DNA of 57,107 nucleotides. Source: a virus. Its lineage: Duplodnaviria > Caudoviricetes. Below are positions 1-9,090 of this stretch, in pieces. Under the pieces are notes generated by a model. The model saw only the letters and a list, made by a program, of their open reading frames with translations. It was not told where the DNA came from and made no database searches. Position 1 is the first letter of the stretch, and every line of letters starts with the position of its first letter. The stretch is from positions 1-57,107 of the IMG/VR virus record IMGVR_UViG_3300021407_000002; one strand, given 5' to 3'. The position numbers were made by a program, and so were the translations under genes.

Positions 1-127
1 TGACACCACGACGCCCTGGTCACGGTTGCCTCCCAGGAACGCCACCAGGGTGTCGCCGCCAGCAGGGGGCACAGATGACAGCCCGTATGTCTGGAACCGT
101 TCCACGCCGTCTGCTACCTCGCCAGCG
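1..127. repeat. Terminal direct repeat (circular assembly overlap), copy 1
   Basis: Identical to 56981-57107; the gp45-like ORF reads through the junction. Confidence 0.97.
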
Positions 128-249
128 AGCAAGCCGACCTGCATCACCTGGATTCCACCAGCATCGTTGACGGCGCGCAGCACGCCCCGCGCAAGCATCA
201 TGTTCAAGCGCCTGACCAGGGGGGCGAGCTGACGATCTAACGCGCTCAT
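1..249 (-). CDS. Baseplate spike/assembly protein (Mu gp45-like), 5' part; continues at 56980-56723
   Basis: ATG at 249 gives MSALDRQLAPLVRRLNMMLARGVLRAVNDAGGIQVMQVGLLAGEVADGVERFQTYG, a gp45-type N-terminus, in frame with the 56723..57085 ORF. Confidence 0.9.
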   Translation of the reverse strand, partial: MSALDRQLAPLVRRLNMMLARGVLRAVNDAGGIQVMQVGLLAGEVADGVERFQTYGLSSVPPAGGDTLVAFLGGNRDQGVVVS

Positions 250-503
250 CCCGGCAGCCCTGTCTCGCCCTGCCGGGCCGTGGACTCTGGTGGCAGGGTT
301 GTGGCGGGCCCTGGCTGGGTGGTCTGTAGCGACGGCCCAGCCGGTCCTAGAGGGGGGTCGCCGCGGCGCCACGTGGGTGCGGTCATTGGTGCCTGGTGAG
401 CTGGCGTCCAGCCTGGTGGCATCGGCGGCGTGGCCCGGAGACCCCAGGGACAGAACACCACCGCGCTACCAGGCATCGGTGACCAGGTCTCCAAGCCGTT
501 CAC
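246..503 (-). CDS. Small proline-rich hypothetical protein
   Basis: GTG at 503 overlaps the gp44 stop and its stop overlaps the gp45 ATG (coupled at both ends). Confidence 0.5.
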   Translation of the reverse strand: MNGLETWSPMPGSAVVFCPWGLRATPPMPPGWTPAHQAPMTAPTWRRGDPPLGPAGPSLQTTQPGPATTLPPESTARQGETGLPG

Positions 504-1630
504 TGCTTGCTTTCCTTCCGGCGTCGCTCGCCAGCCTCGCGGTCGGCGGCCACCTGCCGCCAGAAGTCGGTCCCGCTGCCGCCGCCAGACTTGTCCTTGG
601 TTTCCGCTTTGAGGTCGTCCGGATTCGGGGTTAGCGCCTCGGGTGGCTGCAATGTCAGCCGCGTCATGGTGCCCGAGGCACCGAGCCGGAATGATGTCTT
701 GGTGATCGTCATCTCCCGGTCGAGGCCGAGCCAACCGTCGCCGATCCGACACATGCGGTTGATTGGCCAGGGTTCACCGGCTTCAGTGAACCAGCCTTGA
801 ACCTCGATCGTGGCGGTCCTCCCGTTGCCCCAACGGTTGGCCACTTCCCACTGCGCCCGCGCTTGCGCGTCGGCGTTCGATGTCTTGGCTGCCTGGTAAA
901 TCACGAGCGGACGGTAGCGGGTAATAGAGGGGTCGGTCGCCTGGCCGAGACTTTGCGCCGCCTGGGTGGGCGAGACGTTAGCCGCCCCTGCCTGCTGGCC
1001 CTTCACGATGACGATCGAATGACGCTCGCGGTCGTCCAGCAGGGCACTCGCCGTTTTGATATTACCGCCTTGCACCAGGCCCGTGTCGCAGTATTCCTCG
1101 GACACGCGGGTGATTAGCAGAGTGCCGTCCGTCTGCTCATACGCAAGGACCTGCCTTAGTCGCGTGATACGTTCGATCGCCTCCCACGCGGTCTCGCCCT
1201 GCTGAACCTTAAAATCCAACGACGCACCCAGATCCGTCTCGATGACCACGCCGACCTGGTAGACCGCAGCGAGCGCCCTGATGATGTCGCCGGGCGGTGC
1301 TTTTTTCCACTCAGTTGGCGCACCCTCGGGCGCGCAGTCCACCAGGTCGCTGACCAGGCCGCGCCCAACGATTTCGATCTGGTGGCTCGCAGCGTCATAG
1401 CGCGGTGACATCTGGTCGACCCAGCCGGTGGCCATCAGGTGCTCGTCAAGGTGAACCTGGCAGGAATCGCCTGGCTGAAAATCCCAAGCCTGTTGCATGC
1501 CAGGCCAGTCGCGCGTGCCGATCACACCGAACTGGATTGTCGCCTCGTCGACCGAACGATCTAGCTGCACGCTCAGCCAGCCTCGATAATCGCGATCACC
1601 GATGGTCAGGATCAATTCGGATTCAGGCAT
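500..1630 (-). CDS. Baseplate hub protein (Mu gp44/P-like)
   Basis: GWLSVQLDRSV, GRGLVSDLVDC, QQGETAWEAIER, ITRYRPLVI motifs; synteny. Confidence 0.9.
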   Translation of the reverse strand: MPESELILTIGDRDYRGWLSVQLDRSVDEATIQFGVIGTRDWPGMQQAWDFQPGDSCQVHLDEHLMATGWVDQMSPRYDAASHQIEIVGRGLVSDLVDCAPEGAPTEWKKAPPGDIIRALAAVYQVGVVIETDLGASLDFKVQQGETAWEAIERITRLRQVLAYEQTDGTLLITRVSEEYCDTGLVQGGNIKTASALLDDRERHSIVIVKGQQAGAANVSPTQAAQSLGQATDPSITRYRPLVIYQAAKTSNADAQARAQWEVANRWGNGRTATIEVQGWFTEAGEPWPINRMCRIGDGWLGLDREMTITKTSFRLGASGTMTRLTLQPPEALTPNPDDLKAETKDKSGGGSGTDFWRQVAADREAGERRRKESKQ

Positions 1631-2409
1631 CAGGTGATGGCCGGGGCAATCAGTTCAGTCGGCATGAACGTTGGATGCGGCGCGGGATTGGCGCGCAGCA
1701 GGGTGCCTGCCTCGCGCGCATCCTGGTAGACCCGATGGGCTGCAACGTGCACCGGCAGCGTGGTGACCGTGGCGAAGAACGTTGCAGTTTGGCTGCCTAT
1801 CTTGTCACTGAGTAGCGTGATCGCGGCGGTGAGCACTGCGCGGAGGCTCCCGACTGTGCCGTCATTGTCGATTGACGCGGCATTGATCACAGGGCCGAAA
1901 ATCGAGCTGATGGCAGTCCGCAATTCCTGGCCGTCCTGCGGGGCAACGCGGCGCAGACTGATGAGCCGTTGCGCGGCACCCAGAGCGCCAGAGCGCCGCA
2001 CCAGCGCGGTAATCGCCGCGCGGTTGATAAGCTGCTGCGTCCTGGTCGGGGTGTATTCTCCCGGCCGGGTGGTCGGCACAAGGGGCAAGCCAGTCGTCCA
2101 TTGCGAGAGTGCCGCCATCGCTGCAATGGCAATGCTGGTCTCGATCAGTGCCTCAAGAGCGACGGCCGAGATATACCGCTCGACCCCAATCGCGACGACA
2201 GCAGGGGGTTGCAGGACATACGCGGGCGAGAAACTCGCGCTGCGGTCCGCGATGGCAGCATAGGCCACCGGGTCGCACTGATTGCGTTCCAAAACCTGGC
2301 TGACAGCGGCGACCACTTCTGCAAGCATCGACGCGCTGTCGTTTGCAACGAAGTTGGAATATCCGGCCACCTGCCAGGCATCCGCGAAGGCGTCGGTTAT
2401 CCGTCCCAT
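1630..2409 (-). CDS. Mu gp43-like (DNA circulation/tube initiator) protein, C-terminal part
   Basis: C-terminal LPVHVAAHRVYQDAREAGTLLRANPAPHPTFMP motif of the gp43 family. Confidence 0.75.
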   Translation of the reverse strand: MGRITDAFADAWQVAGYSNFVANDSASMLAEVVAAVSQVLERNQCDPVAYAAIADRSASFSPAYVLQPPAVVAIGVERYISAVALEALIETSIAIAAMAALSQWTTGLPLVPTTRPGEYTPTRTQQLINRAAITALVRRSGALGAAQRLISLRRVAPQDGQELRTAISSIFGPVINAASIDNDGTVGSLRAVLTAAITLLSDKIGSQTATFFATVTTLPVHVAAHRVYQDAREAGTLLRANPAPHPTFMPTELIAPAIT

Positions 2410-2843
2410 GCGACACCCAGGGAACGGGACAGCGAGCGCTCTGAATTCGGCTCGCTGGTAGGCTCCACGAAGCCGGTCGTTTCAACAAAGGCCAGCACGA
2501 ACTGAGCTATGCGTCGGCGGGCATCGCCCTCATGCACCGTGAACGTATCGCACAGCACGTTATGCTGGCCGAGATACGGATGGATCAGCAGGCCCGGCCC
2601 TTCCGCTTCCAACGCGGTCAGTAGCTCATCGCGCTGCATTTCCCAAAGATCACCGATCACGTGTGCCTGGAACGAGAAGCGCCGACCGCGCCGGCCAAGG
2701 TCTTCGGCCAACGGCTCATCACGCAAAGGATACTCGTGCCACTCGTGGCGCCGGCCGCCAGCCAGGTCATAGGCACCGAGGCGGAAGGCCGCGTCGCGGA
2801 AGTAGCCGATGCGGAGAGGAACGCGACCGGGAAGCAGTCCCAT
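2397..2843 (-). CDS. Mu gp43-like protein, N-terminal domain
   Basis: GGRRHEWHEYPLRDEPLAEDLGR...GPGLLIHPYLG...FVE signature. Confidence 0.85.
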   Translation of the reverse strand: MGLLPGRVPLRIGYFRDAAFRLGAYDLAGGRRHEWHEYPLRDEPLAEDLGRRGRRFSFQAHVIGDLWEMQRDELLTALEAEGPGLLIHPYLGQHNVLCDTFTVHEGDARRRIAQFVLAFVETTGFVEPTSEPNSERSLSRSLGVAWDG

Positions 2844-4831
2844 CAGTGCGCCATCGCCAGACTGCCGCGCGGGCCGGAGTATTGTTTTTCGATCGAGACA
2901 TCAGCCGGGCCGGTCGATCGCTGCGAGACCTGCATACCGGGCGGGGCGTTCTGAAACTTAACGTCCAGTTCCGTCTTTGAAGTCTGCACGCCAGCCGCAG
3001 CCGCTGGCATGGCAGCAGCAGCAGGGGTGCCCGCCTTGCTCTCGGCAACGCCGCCCCAGGCACCGCCCAGCGTGCCGGATCCCGCACCAGCCCAGGCCCC
3101 GCCTGGCGGCTGGGCGATGGTCGCAGCAGCCTTGCCCCAGTCGCCGGTTAGCTTACTGGTGTCGAGCTGCGGAGCTGCTACCTGCGGCGTCTCGATCTTG
3201 CGGCCGAATATGCCGGTGATCGTATCCCAGACGCCGGTAAGCCATCCGACCAAGCTGTTCCACAGTCCTTTGACCGTTTCGATAGGATCATTGAACGCGC
3301 CGACGATCGCGTCTTTTATCGCTCCCGCGATTTGGCCGACCCCTGCAACGATTGCCTTGCCAAAATCGATAATGAACTGGCCAATATCGTCCGGTAGCGA
3401 GGCCCATGCTTCCCGGCCAACTTGGGCCAGGTTGCCGGCGAGCACCCGCCAGGTCGCGGTTACCAGGTCCCACCCGCTGCTGAGTTCGGCAGTGATGTCG
3501 GACCACTTAACTTGAAACCACTCATCCGTTGCGACGCGGCCCAGCTCGGCGAAGCCCTCGCCCAGCCGGTCAAGCGTTCCCGAGACAGCCTGCCACCCCT
3601 CATTGAATGCTGTTTTGATCTCGTCCCAATTTTTCCAGATGGCGTATGCCAGGTATGCGACACTAGCGACCAGCAGAATGATCGACGCCGCGATCGGGTT
3701 GGCAAGCAGCGTGGCGCCGAGCGCGACGAGAGCCTTGCCGATGCCGAACAGTGAACCGATGATGCCTGGCGCGACCACGGCGGTGAACGCCAGCAGGACT
3801 GCATTGCCCTTGCCGATGACCGCGACGAGGCCGTCCCATACCGGCTTCATGCTTTTGAGTATCGGGATAACATCATTGCTAATAATGGCAACGAACGCCT
3901 TGCCAGCCGCGACGATGTTCTGAATGACCGCGACGGTTTCCTCCATAATCTTTGGCTTAAACTCCTTAATCCAATTTTTCATTCCGGTCGCGCTTTCCTT
4001 CATGCTGGGCAGCAGTTCCTTCAGGATACCATACGCAACGCCCTTTATCTCGTGGCCGACCACCGTCATGATGTCGCCGAATTCCTTGGCCGACGACGCG
4101 GTTTGTAGGTCCATGATCGCGCCAGTGCTTTCCAGCTCCAACCCGAGCTTGCGGATACCTTCTTCGCCCTCATCGAGCAGCGCGAGCAGCTCCGCGCCGG
4201 TCTTGCCGAACACCTTCATTGCAGCTTCGCTACGGTGGATCGGGTCACTCATGTTCGATATCGCGGTGGCAGTGCGCAAGAAAATTTCCTCGGGGTTCAG
4301 ATTTTTCAGATCGGCCACGCTGAGGTTCAGCGCGTTGAATACCTTGACCATCTCGTTATTCTTGCCGCCCTTGCGCGCGGCCGCGATCGACTTGTTCAGC
4401 TTGGTGAGTGCGCCGCCCATCTCATCGGCCGACAGCCCTGATTGCTGCGCGGCATATTGCAGCTTCTGTAAACCTTCCACCGAGACCCCGGTCGTCTTGC
4501 TCAGCTTGACCAGCTCTGCGCCCGCGCCGACAGCATCGGTGACCAGCTTGCCGAGGCTGATGCCGCCGATAATGCCGCCGATCCGCAGGAACGGACCAAT
4601 CAGGCCCGCCACTGAGCTGCGGAGGTTGCCGAACTGCTTGCCCACGTTGGTGAGCGATGCGCCGATCTTGCCGAAACCGGCCTCTTTGGCCAGGGCACCA
4701 GGGATCGCCATCATGCCGCGCATTCTGGCGGTGCTCTGTTGTATCGATTTGTTAATTTGCTTAATCGGCGCGGTGAACTTGTCGGTGAGGGCGACGATAA
4801 CCTTGAAACCGGCATCGGAACGTTTGGCCAT
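2843..4831 (-). CDS. Tape measure protein
   Basis: 662 aa, helical, hydrophobic stretches, WKNWDEIK motif, follows tail chaperone. Confidence 0.9.
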   Translation of the reverse strand: MAKRSDAGFKVIVALTDKFTAPIKQINKSIQQSTARMRGMMAIPGALAKEAGFGKIGASLTNVGKQFGNLRSSVAGLIGPFLRIGGIIGGISLGKLVTDAVGAGAELVKLSKTTGVSVEGLQKLQYAAQQSGLSADEMGGALTKLNKSIAAARKGGKNNEMVKVFNALNLSVADLKNLNPEEIFLRTATAISNMSDPIHRSEAAMKVFGKTGAELLALLDEGEEGIRKLGLELESTGAIMDLQTASSAKEFGDIMTVVGHEIKGVAYGILKELLPSMKESATGMKNWIKEFKPKIMEETVAVIQNIVAAGKAFVAIISNDVIPILKSMKPVWDGLVAVIGKGNAVLLAFTAVVAPGIIGSLFGIGKALVALGATLLANPIAASIILLVASVAYLAYAIWKNWDEIKTAFNEGWQAVSGTLDRLGEGFAELGRVATDEWFQVKWSDITAELSSGWDLVTATWRVLAGNLAQVGREAWASLPDDIGQFIIDFGKAIVAGVGQIAGAIKDAIVGAFNDPIETVKGLWNSLVGWLTGVWDTITGIFGRKIETPQVAAPQLDTSKLTGDWGKAAATIAQPPGGAWAGAGSGTLGGAWGGVAESKAGTPAAAAMPAAAAGVQTSKTELDVKFQNAPPGMQVSQRSTGPADVSIEKQYSGPRGSLAMAH

Positions 4832-4834
4832 GAG

Positions 4835-4990
4835 CTAACGCCTGCGCTGCGCCCGCGCGATGGCACGATCTATTCGTTGCAATCGGTTCCACCACCAGAG
4901 CAGCTCGTCAACGGTCATGCCGTCGATTTCGCTTGGTTGGAAATGGAAACAATATGCGAGCCATCCGATGATGTCTTCAATTTCGTAGGG
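4835..4990 (-). CDS. GpE'-like -1 frame extension of the tail assembly chaperone
   Basis: -1 frame reads EIEDIIGWLAYCFHFQPSEIDGMTVDELLWWWNRLQRIDRAIARAQRRR*, matching the P2 GpE-family pattern; not in the ORF track; 5' limit approximate. Confidence 0.8.
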   Translation of the reverse strand, partial: PYEIEDIIGWLAYCFHFQPSEIDGMTVDELLWWWNRLQRIDRAIARAQRRR

Positions 4991-5241
4991 ACCTTGGCCT
5001 TCATCTTCGTCAGCAAATCGGCCAACGCGTCGATGTCGGGTTGCAGCATTTCGTCGAACACGCCGATCGGCACGCCGGACAGGGCTGCCAGCATGGCGAA
5101 AGCCTTGTCCTCGGGGGTGACATACTCACCCATCTGCCGCAGGTCCTTGCCGCGTGGGGTGCGCATGGTGATCTGGGTATAGGTCGAGCCGTCAAACGTC
5201 ACTGGATCGATCAGCGTATAGGTCTCTCGGCGCTCGGGCAT
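4915..5241 (-). CDS. Tail assembly chaperone (Mu gp41-like)
   Basis: TLIDPVTFDG..ITMRTPRGKDLR..LAALSGVP; lies between tube and tape measure genes. Confidence 0.85.
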   Translation of the reverse strand: MPERRETYTLIDPVTFDGSTYTQITMRTPRGKDLRQMGEYVTPEDKAFAMLAALSGVPIGVFDEMLQPDIDALADLLTKMKAKVPTKLKTSSDGSHIVSISNQAKSTA

Positions 5242-5245
5242 GGGC

Positions 5246-5614
5246 TTAGCTCCGGTAACATTCAAGGCCCTCGAACCGCACCGTCATGGTGCCGGCCAGG
5301 GCGTCCAGCTCCAAGTCGCCAGCCTGCCAGGCATTGCGCAAGGTCCAGGTCTCACCGCTTTCGAGCTGTGCCACAACGGTGGAGTTGGTTATCTGCGATA
5401 TCTGTTCCAGGTTATAGAACCGAGGGCGGTTGCTGCACTCGGCCTCGATATACGGCACGTGATTTTCGGCAGTGTAGCCGTGCACGCCATCCGGCCCGCC
5501 GACGCCGGTCCTCGTCCAGAGATTGGGCGAAATGGTCAGGGTCGCGCGCACGGAAAGCTGGCGGCCGTCCACTTTGATCGAGCCGATGCCGCCGATATGG
5601 TTGGGGTCAGCCAT
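5246..5614 (-). CDS. Tail tube protein (Mu gp40-like)
   Basis: IGGIGSIKVDG..GPDGVHGYTAE..PYIE..LRNAW..VRFEG. Confidence 0.9.
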   Translation of the reverse strand: MADPNHIGGIGSIKVDGRQLSVRATLTISPNLWTRTGVGGPDGVHGYTAENHVPYIEAECSNRPRFYNLEQISQITNSTVVAQLESGETWTLRNAWQAGDLELDALAGTMTVRFEGLECYRS

Positions 5615-5628
5615 AGGTGGTTCCTCCC

Positions 5629-7155
5629 TTAAGCCGCCTCGACCGATACGCTACGCAGGCGGAATTGAGTAAGCGCGGCAAAGATCCGCAGCCCGTTGAC
5701 GAGATCGGGTGGCAGCAGGGCATCGACGCGGTTCGGGTCCTGGGCGTTCCGTTCCACAACGAGATTGGTCTTGAACGCCTCCATATTTTCCATTTCACCC
5801 GCCTCGACCATTTCACCATATGCCGCAATCATCTCTGACCGAATGATGGCGGGCGTAACGATCGCCTGGCCAGCACCAAAGCGGGTGCCGTCATCGGCCA
5901 GCTTGTGACGCGGATATTTCAGCAGGATGCGGCTCCGCATGAATCGGTTGAAATAGGCCAGCGAATAGAGGGTTTCCACGTCCAGATAGGAATTGTCGGG
6001 AGCACCCCAGACGTTCTTTTGATACGTGGTGATCGAGCGTTCCAGCCGCATCACCCCGCCGCTGTCCACATAGCCGCACGCGATCCCATCGAAGTAAAGC
6101 ACCTGGCGGTCGAGAATCTGGAACCGGTCATCAGGTCGAGGCGGCACGACCCCGAGAAGCGCCAAGGTTTGCACCGGCCGCGCCGCGCTCACCACTGCCG
6201 ACCCTGCCACCTGGCCCGTCCAGGCGGCGGCAATCTCACACTCGGGCGTCGGGCTACCGAACCAACCGGCCAGGGTCACGTGCTGATCGTTGCGCGTGTT
6301 GCCAAAGGTCGAGAGTGCGCCCAGCGTATCATTACGATATGCAAAGGCGTGGCCGTAGAGCTGTTGTGACCAGCTCCACCTGCCGGTGACATCTTGCAGC
6401 AGGTTGGAAAGATCATCGAGCGAGGTCGCATCGCTCCATGGCGAGCAGATGAAATCGTATAGCTCGTCCCCGAGATTGGAGACCAGCGCGGCCACGTCGG
6501 GCACCCCAGCCATGCCGGTCATCGCAACGGCCGTCACGGTCAGGCCAGGCGGCACAATCTCACCGTAGGCCGGGCCACGGAACGCGACAGCCAGGTGCAG
6601 AGCGCCGTGGATGCCTGGCTGGGAAGACGCCACCAGCGCAGCAGCCGGGACGATGGGCGGCCCGACATCGAAATCCTGTTTGGTCGCTGCCACACCGATG
6701 GCAGGATCAGCATTGATCGCATCAACCATTGCCTCGGCCACTTCATCGGCGCTCATTCCGGCGGTGAGATAGACCCGCACCGGTCGGCCACCGACATACA
6801 GTGGCAAGGTCCCGCCTTCCTGCGTTGTGCCGGCGACGGTAAAGCTGCCAGCTCCCGCAGTGAAACCCGTCTCAGCGGCGGCCAGGACGAAGAGAGGCAC
6901 CGACTGATTGTTGGCGAAGTAGGCAGCACACATGCGCGCCAGCGCACTGCCGACGCCGCACAACCCCTCGCTGTCGAACCTGCTGCGAACGCGGGTGAGC
7001 ACGCCCACCTGCAGCGGCCCGCGCGTCGGGTTATGGGTGCCCAGGACGAGGGCGTAAGTAACCTGCGAATAAGATGCTGCCTGGCTCGGGTCGATTTCAA
7101 AATAAGCAATCGGGACGCGGAGGTTGCTTGGGATTTGGTTAAACGAGATTGCCAT
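5629..7155 (-). CDS. Tail sheath protein (Mu gp39/L-like)
   Basis: MAISFNQIPSNLRVP start; YPRHKLADDGTRFGAGQAIVTP; PPDLVNGLRIFA. Confidence 0.95.
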   Translation of the reverse strand: MAISFNQIPSNLRVPIAYFEIDPSQAASYSQVTYALVLGTHNPTRGPLQVGVLTRVRSRFDSEGLCGVGSALARMCAAYFANNQSVPLFVLAAAETGFTAGAGSFTVAGTTQEGGTLPLYVGGRPVRVYLTAGMSADEVAEAMVDAINADPAIGVAATKQDFDVGPPIVPAAALVASSQPGIHGALHLAVAFRGPAYGEIVPPGLTVTAVAMTGMAGVPDVAALVSNLGDELYDFICSPWSDATSLDDLSNLLQDVTGRWSWSQQLYGHAFAYRNDTLGALSTFGNTRNDQHVTLAGWFGSPTPECEIAAAWTGQVAGSAVVSAARPVQTLALLGVVPPRPDDRFQILDRQVLYFDGIACGYVDSGGVMRLERSITTYQKNVWGAPDNSYLDVETLYSLAYFNRFMRSRILLKYPRHKLADDGTRFGAGQAIVTPAIIRSEMIAAYGEMVEAGEMENMEAFKTNLVVERNAQDPNRVDALLPPDLVNGLRIFAALTQFRLRSVSVEAA

Positions 7156-7176
7156 CGTCGTGGTTCCTTTCGCTCA

Positions 7177-7389
7177 TCATTGGCGATAAAGCACGGCCCG
7201 CACGGCGCAATCCTTCGCTTCAAGAAGTTTGCGCAGCGCGGCGGTCCGCTCGGGATTGCGTGGCACAGTCTCGGCGATCCAGGCGGCAAGGTCGCTGAAT
7301 GCACGGCTGGTAGGCTGAAGATGCGCCGGCAGATGTTCATAGGCGAAGAACTGAAGCATCGTCTCGGGATAGACTTGCTCGGTTGCCAT
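7177..7389 (-). CDS. Small helical-hairpin protein, Acb2/Tad1-like (putative immune-signal sponge)
   Basis: 70 aa: LQFFAYEHLPAHLQ..LAAWIAETVPRNPERTAALRKLLEAKDCAVRA; ATG directly follows upstream stop; family assignment is by resemblance. Confidence 0.55.
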   Translation of the reverse strand: MATEQVYPETMLQFFAYEHLPAHLQPTSRAFSDLAAWIAETVPRNPERTAALRKLLEAKDCAVRAVLYRQ

Positions 7390-7390
7390 C

Positions 7391-7597
7391 CTAGCAGCCC
7401 TTGTTCGGTATGACGCGCTCGACATCGCCAGTCCGCAGGCGGCGTTCAAAGTAAAGCCGCTCGGATGAGACATCGCGGCCCTCGGGCGGGATCGGCCTCC
7501 CGTCCACCGGGTGCCGAACGAGGTATCCTTCCCTCGGCTTGACGATGAGGGGTTCCCGCGTCGAGCGCGGAAGTGTGCGGATCGGATTGAACGTCAT
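7391..7597 (-). CDS. DUF2635 / Mu gp38-like protein
   Basis: VKPREGYLVRHPVDGRPIPPEG..YFERRLRTGDV. Confidence 0.85.
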   Translation of the reverse strand: MTFNPIRTLPRSTREPLIVKPREGYLVRHPVDGRPIPPEGRDVSSERLYFERRLRTGDVERVIPNKGC

Positions 7598-8241
7598 GGT
7601 GATTGCCCTTGCGGAATGTCTATGGTGAACTGCGTTTCAATCCTGCCCTCGGGTCCAGTGGCCCATGGTGGCGGTCCGATTGCCGGGTCGTATTCCAGGC
7701 TCGGCGGCAAGCCAGGATCGTAAGGATCGACCGCATCAACCCTGGCATTGACCCCGAGGAATGCAGGATGCTCGAACTGTTCCTGTTCGCCGTCGCACTC
7801 ATCGATTTGCGTGCTGGTGGTGAACGTGAACAGCCAGACGGTCACGTCGCGCGAGTGCGCGAGCAGCTTGCAGCCGTCATAGGCGATCAGGGTGTAACCG
7901 AGTGAGGGTGACCAGTTGAACAGCGCGCGGAACAGTGCCCGCCGCACGTTCGGAACCGTCATCGCTGGTGCCTGGCCGCGTATTTCCTCATGAGCTGACA
8001 GCTTGACCGCTATACCCCAGGTCTCGGTGACCTTTTGAACATTCTCGTTGATCGCTTCCACGGTCTCTGCGGTCTCACTCAGAAACACGACATAGGCGCA
8101 AGGCAAGGCCATGTTCGCATATTCAACGATCTTGAATGCATCGGCAGCACCTGCCACCCGGTCGGCAAACACCGCGCCGGCCGCGTTCGAGCGCCTCAGC
8201 TTGGCAATCAGGTCGGCCATGTCGAGCCGCCCAGCGCCCAC
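7594..8241 (-). CDS. Tail terminator/completion protein (Mu gp37-like position)
   Basis: FADRVAGAA..LPCAYVV..RALFRALFNWSP..GPEGRIE; synteny. Confidence 0.75.
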   Translation of the reverse strand: MGAGRLDMADLIAKLRRSNAAGAVFADRVAGAADAFKIVEYANMALPCAYVVFLSETAETVEAINENVQKVTETWGIAVKLSAHEEIRGQAPAMTVPNVRRALFRALFNWSPSLGYTLIAYDGCKLLAHSRDVTVWLFTFTTSTQIDECDGEQEQFEHPAFLGVNARVDAVDPYDPGLPPSLEYDPAIGPPPWATGPEGRIETQFTIDIPQGQSP

Positions 8242-8243
8242 GA

Positions 8244-8477
8244 CTACCAGCCGAACGGCGGTTCTTGTCCCGCCAGCTTCGCCACTGCATTCCAGAACAT
8301 CTTGGCGGCGCCATCCCAGTCGATGCCTGGTGCAAGCTCGATATGTGGCGGATCGAATGTGATCGTCACGGCTGGCTGGCCGTTTTGCCCGGGAAACACG
8401 AAACTCGGCGTAGCCATGACGCCAAGGCTTATCGGTTGGCTGAACGCCTCGTATTTTGATATATTATCGCTTGCCAT
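8244..8477 (-). CDS. Hypothetical protein
   Basis: Tightly packed between neck genes. Confidence 0.55.
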   Translation of the reverse strand: MASDNISKYEAFSQPISLGVMATPSFVFPGQNGQPAVTITFDPPHIELAPGIDWDGAAKMFWNAVAKLAGQEPPFGW

Positions 8478-8900
8478 TTAGCCGGTCTCCACTTGCTGCG
8501 GGGCTTGGGTGGGCGAGCCGTCGATCGCGAAGATGCCGGGACCGATCGCTGCCTCCACCAGCCCGACGACCTCGTCTCGCTTATTGGCCAGGGCCACCGG
8601 CATCAGCGGGCGCGGTTCCATATGCCTGGTGCCCAGCTCCACCAGGTGCGCATGCCGTGACATGGTGCCTGCGACCATGGCATAGCCGCGCCGCGAGGCC
8701 CGCCCGTAGGCCGATTGAAAGAGGGTGCCGCTGGCGCGTCCTGGTGGCTGGCCTGGCAGCGACATCGTCTTGCGGCTGGCCAGCCTCTTCGCTTCCTTTT
8801 TGACCACGGCGGCGGCCTTGCGCATGGCGCTACGCACCTGCTTACGGTCGAACTGCATATAGCGGGTGTAATCGATCTGGACGTTGATCGGTCCGGCCAC
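8478..8900 (-). CDS. HK97 gp10-like neck/tail completion protein
   Basis: SLPGQPPGRASGTL..HAHLVELGTRHMEPRPLMPVAL. Confidence 0.85.
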   Translation of the reverse strand: MAGPINVQIDYTRYMQFDRKQVRSAMRKAAAVVKKEAKRLASRKTMSLPGQPPGRASGTLFQSAYGRASRRGYAMVAGTMSRHAHLVELGTRHMEPRPLMPVALANKRDEVVGLVEAAIGPGIFAIDGSPTQAPQQVETG

Positions 8901-8907
8901 GGTTGCT

Positions 8908-9087
8908 CTATCCGCCGCGAATGAACCAACCGAAGTCGTGCAGGCCGAGCAGCACCAGCAGCAGGAAAATAAAGATCATCCCGAACCGGTTCCAGTAAGC
9001 GTTATACGGCGGCGGGCCGAAACTGCCGCCGAGCCACCCGATTAACCAAAGGAACATCAACAGCCAGAAAATAAAGCTGATCGGCAT
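8908..9087 (-). CDS. Small two-TM membrane protein (possible holin/lysis accessory)
   Basis: 59 aa MPISFIFWLLMFLWLIGWLGGSFGPPPYNAYWNRFGMIFIFLLLVLLGLHDFGWFIRGG; GGAGG upstream; below ORF-track cutoff. Confidence 0.65.
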   Translation of the reverse strand: MPISFIFWLLMFLWLIGWLGGSFGPPPYNAYWNRFGMIFIFLLLVLLGLHDFGWFIRGG

Positions 9088-9090
9088 TGT

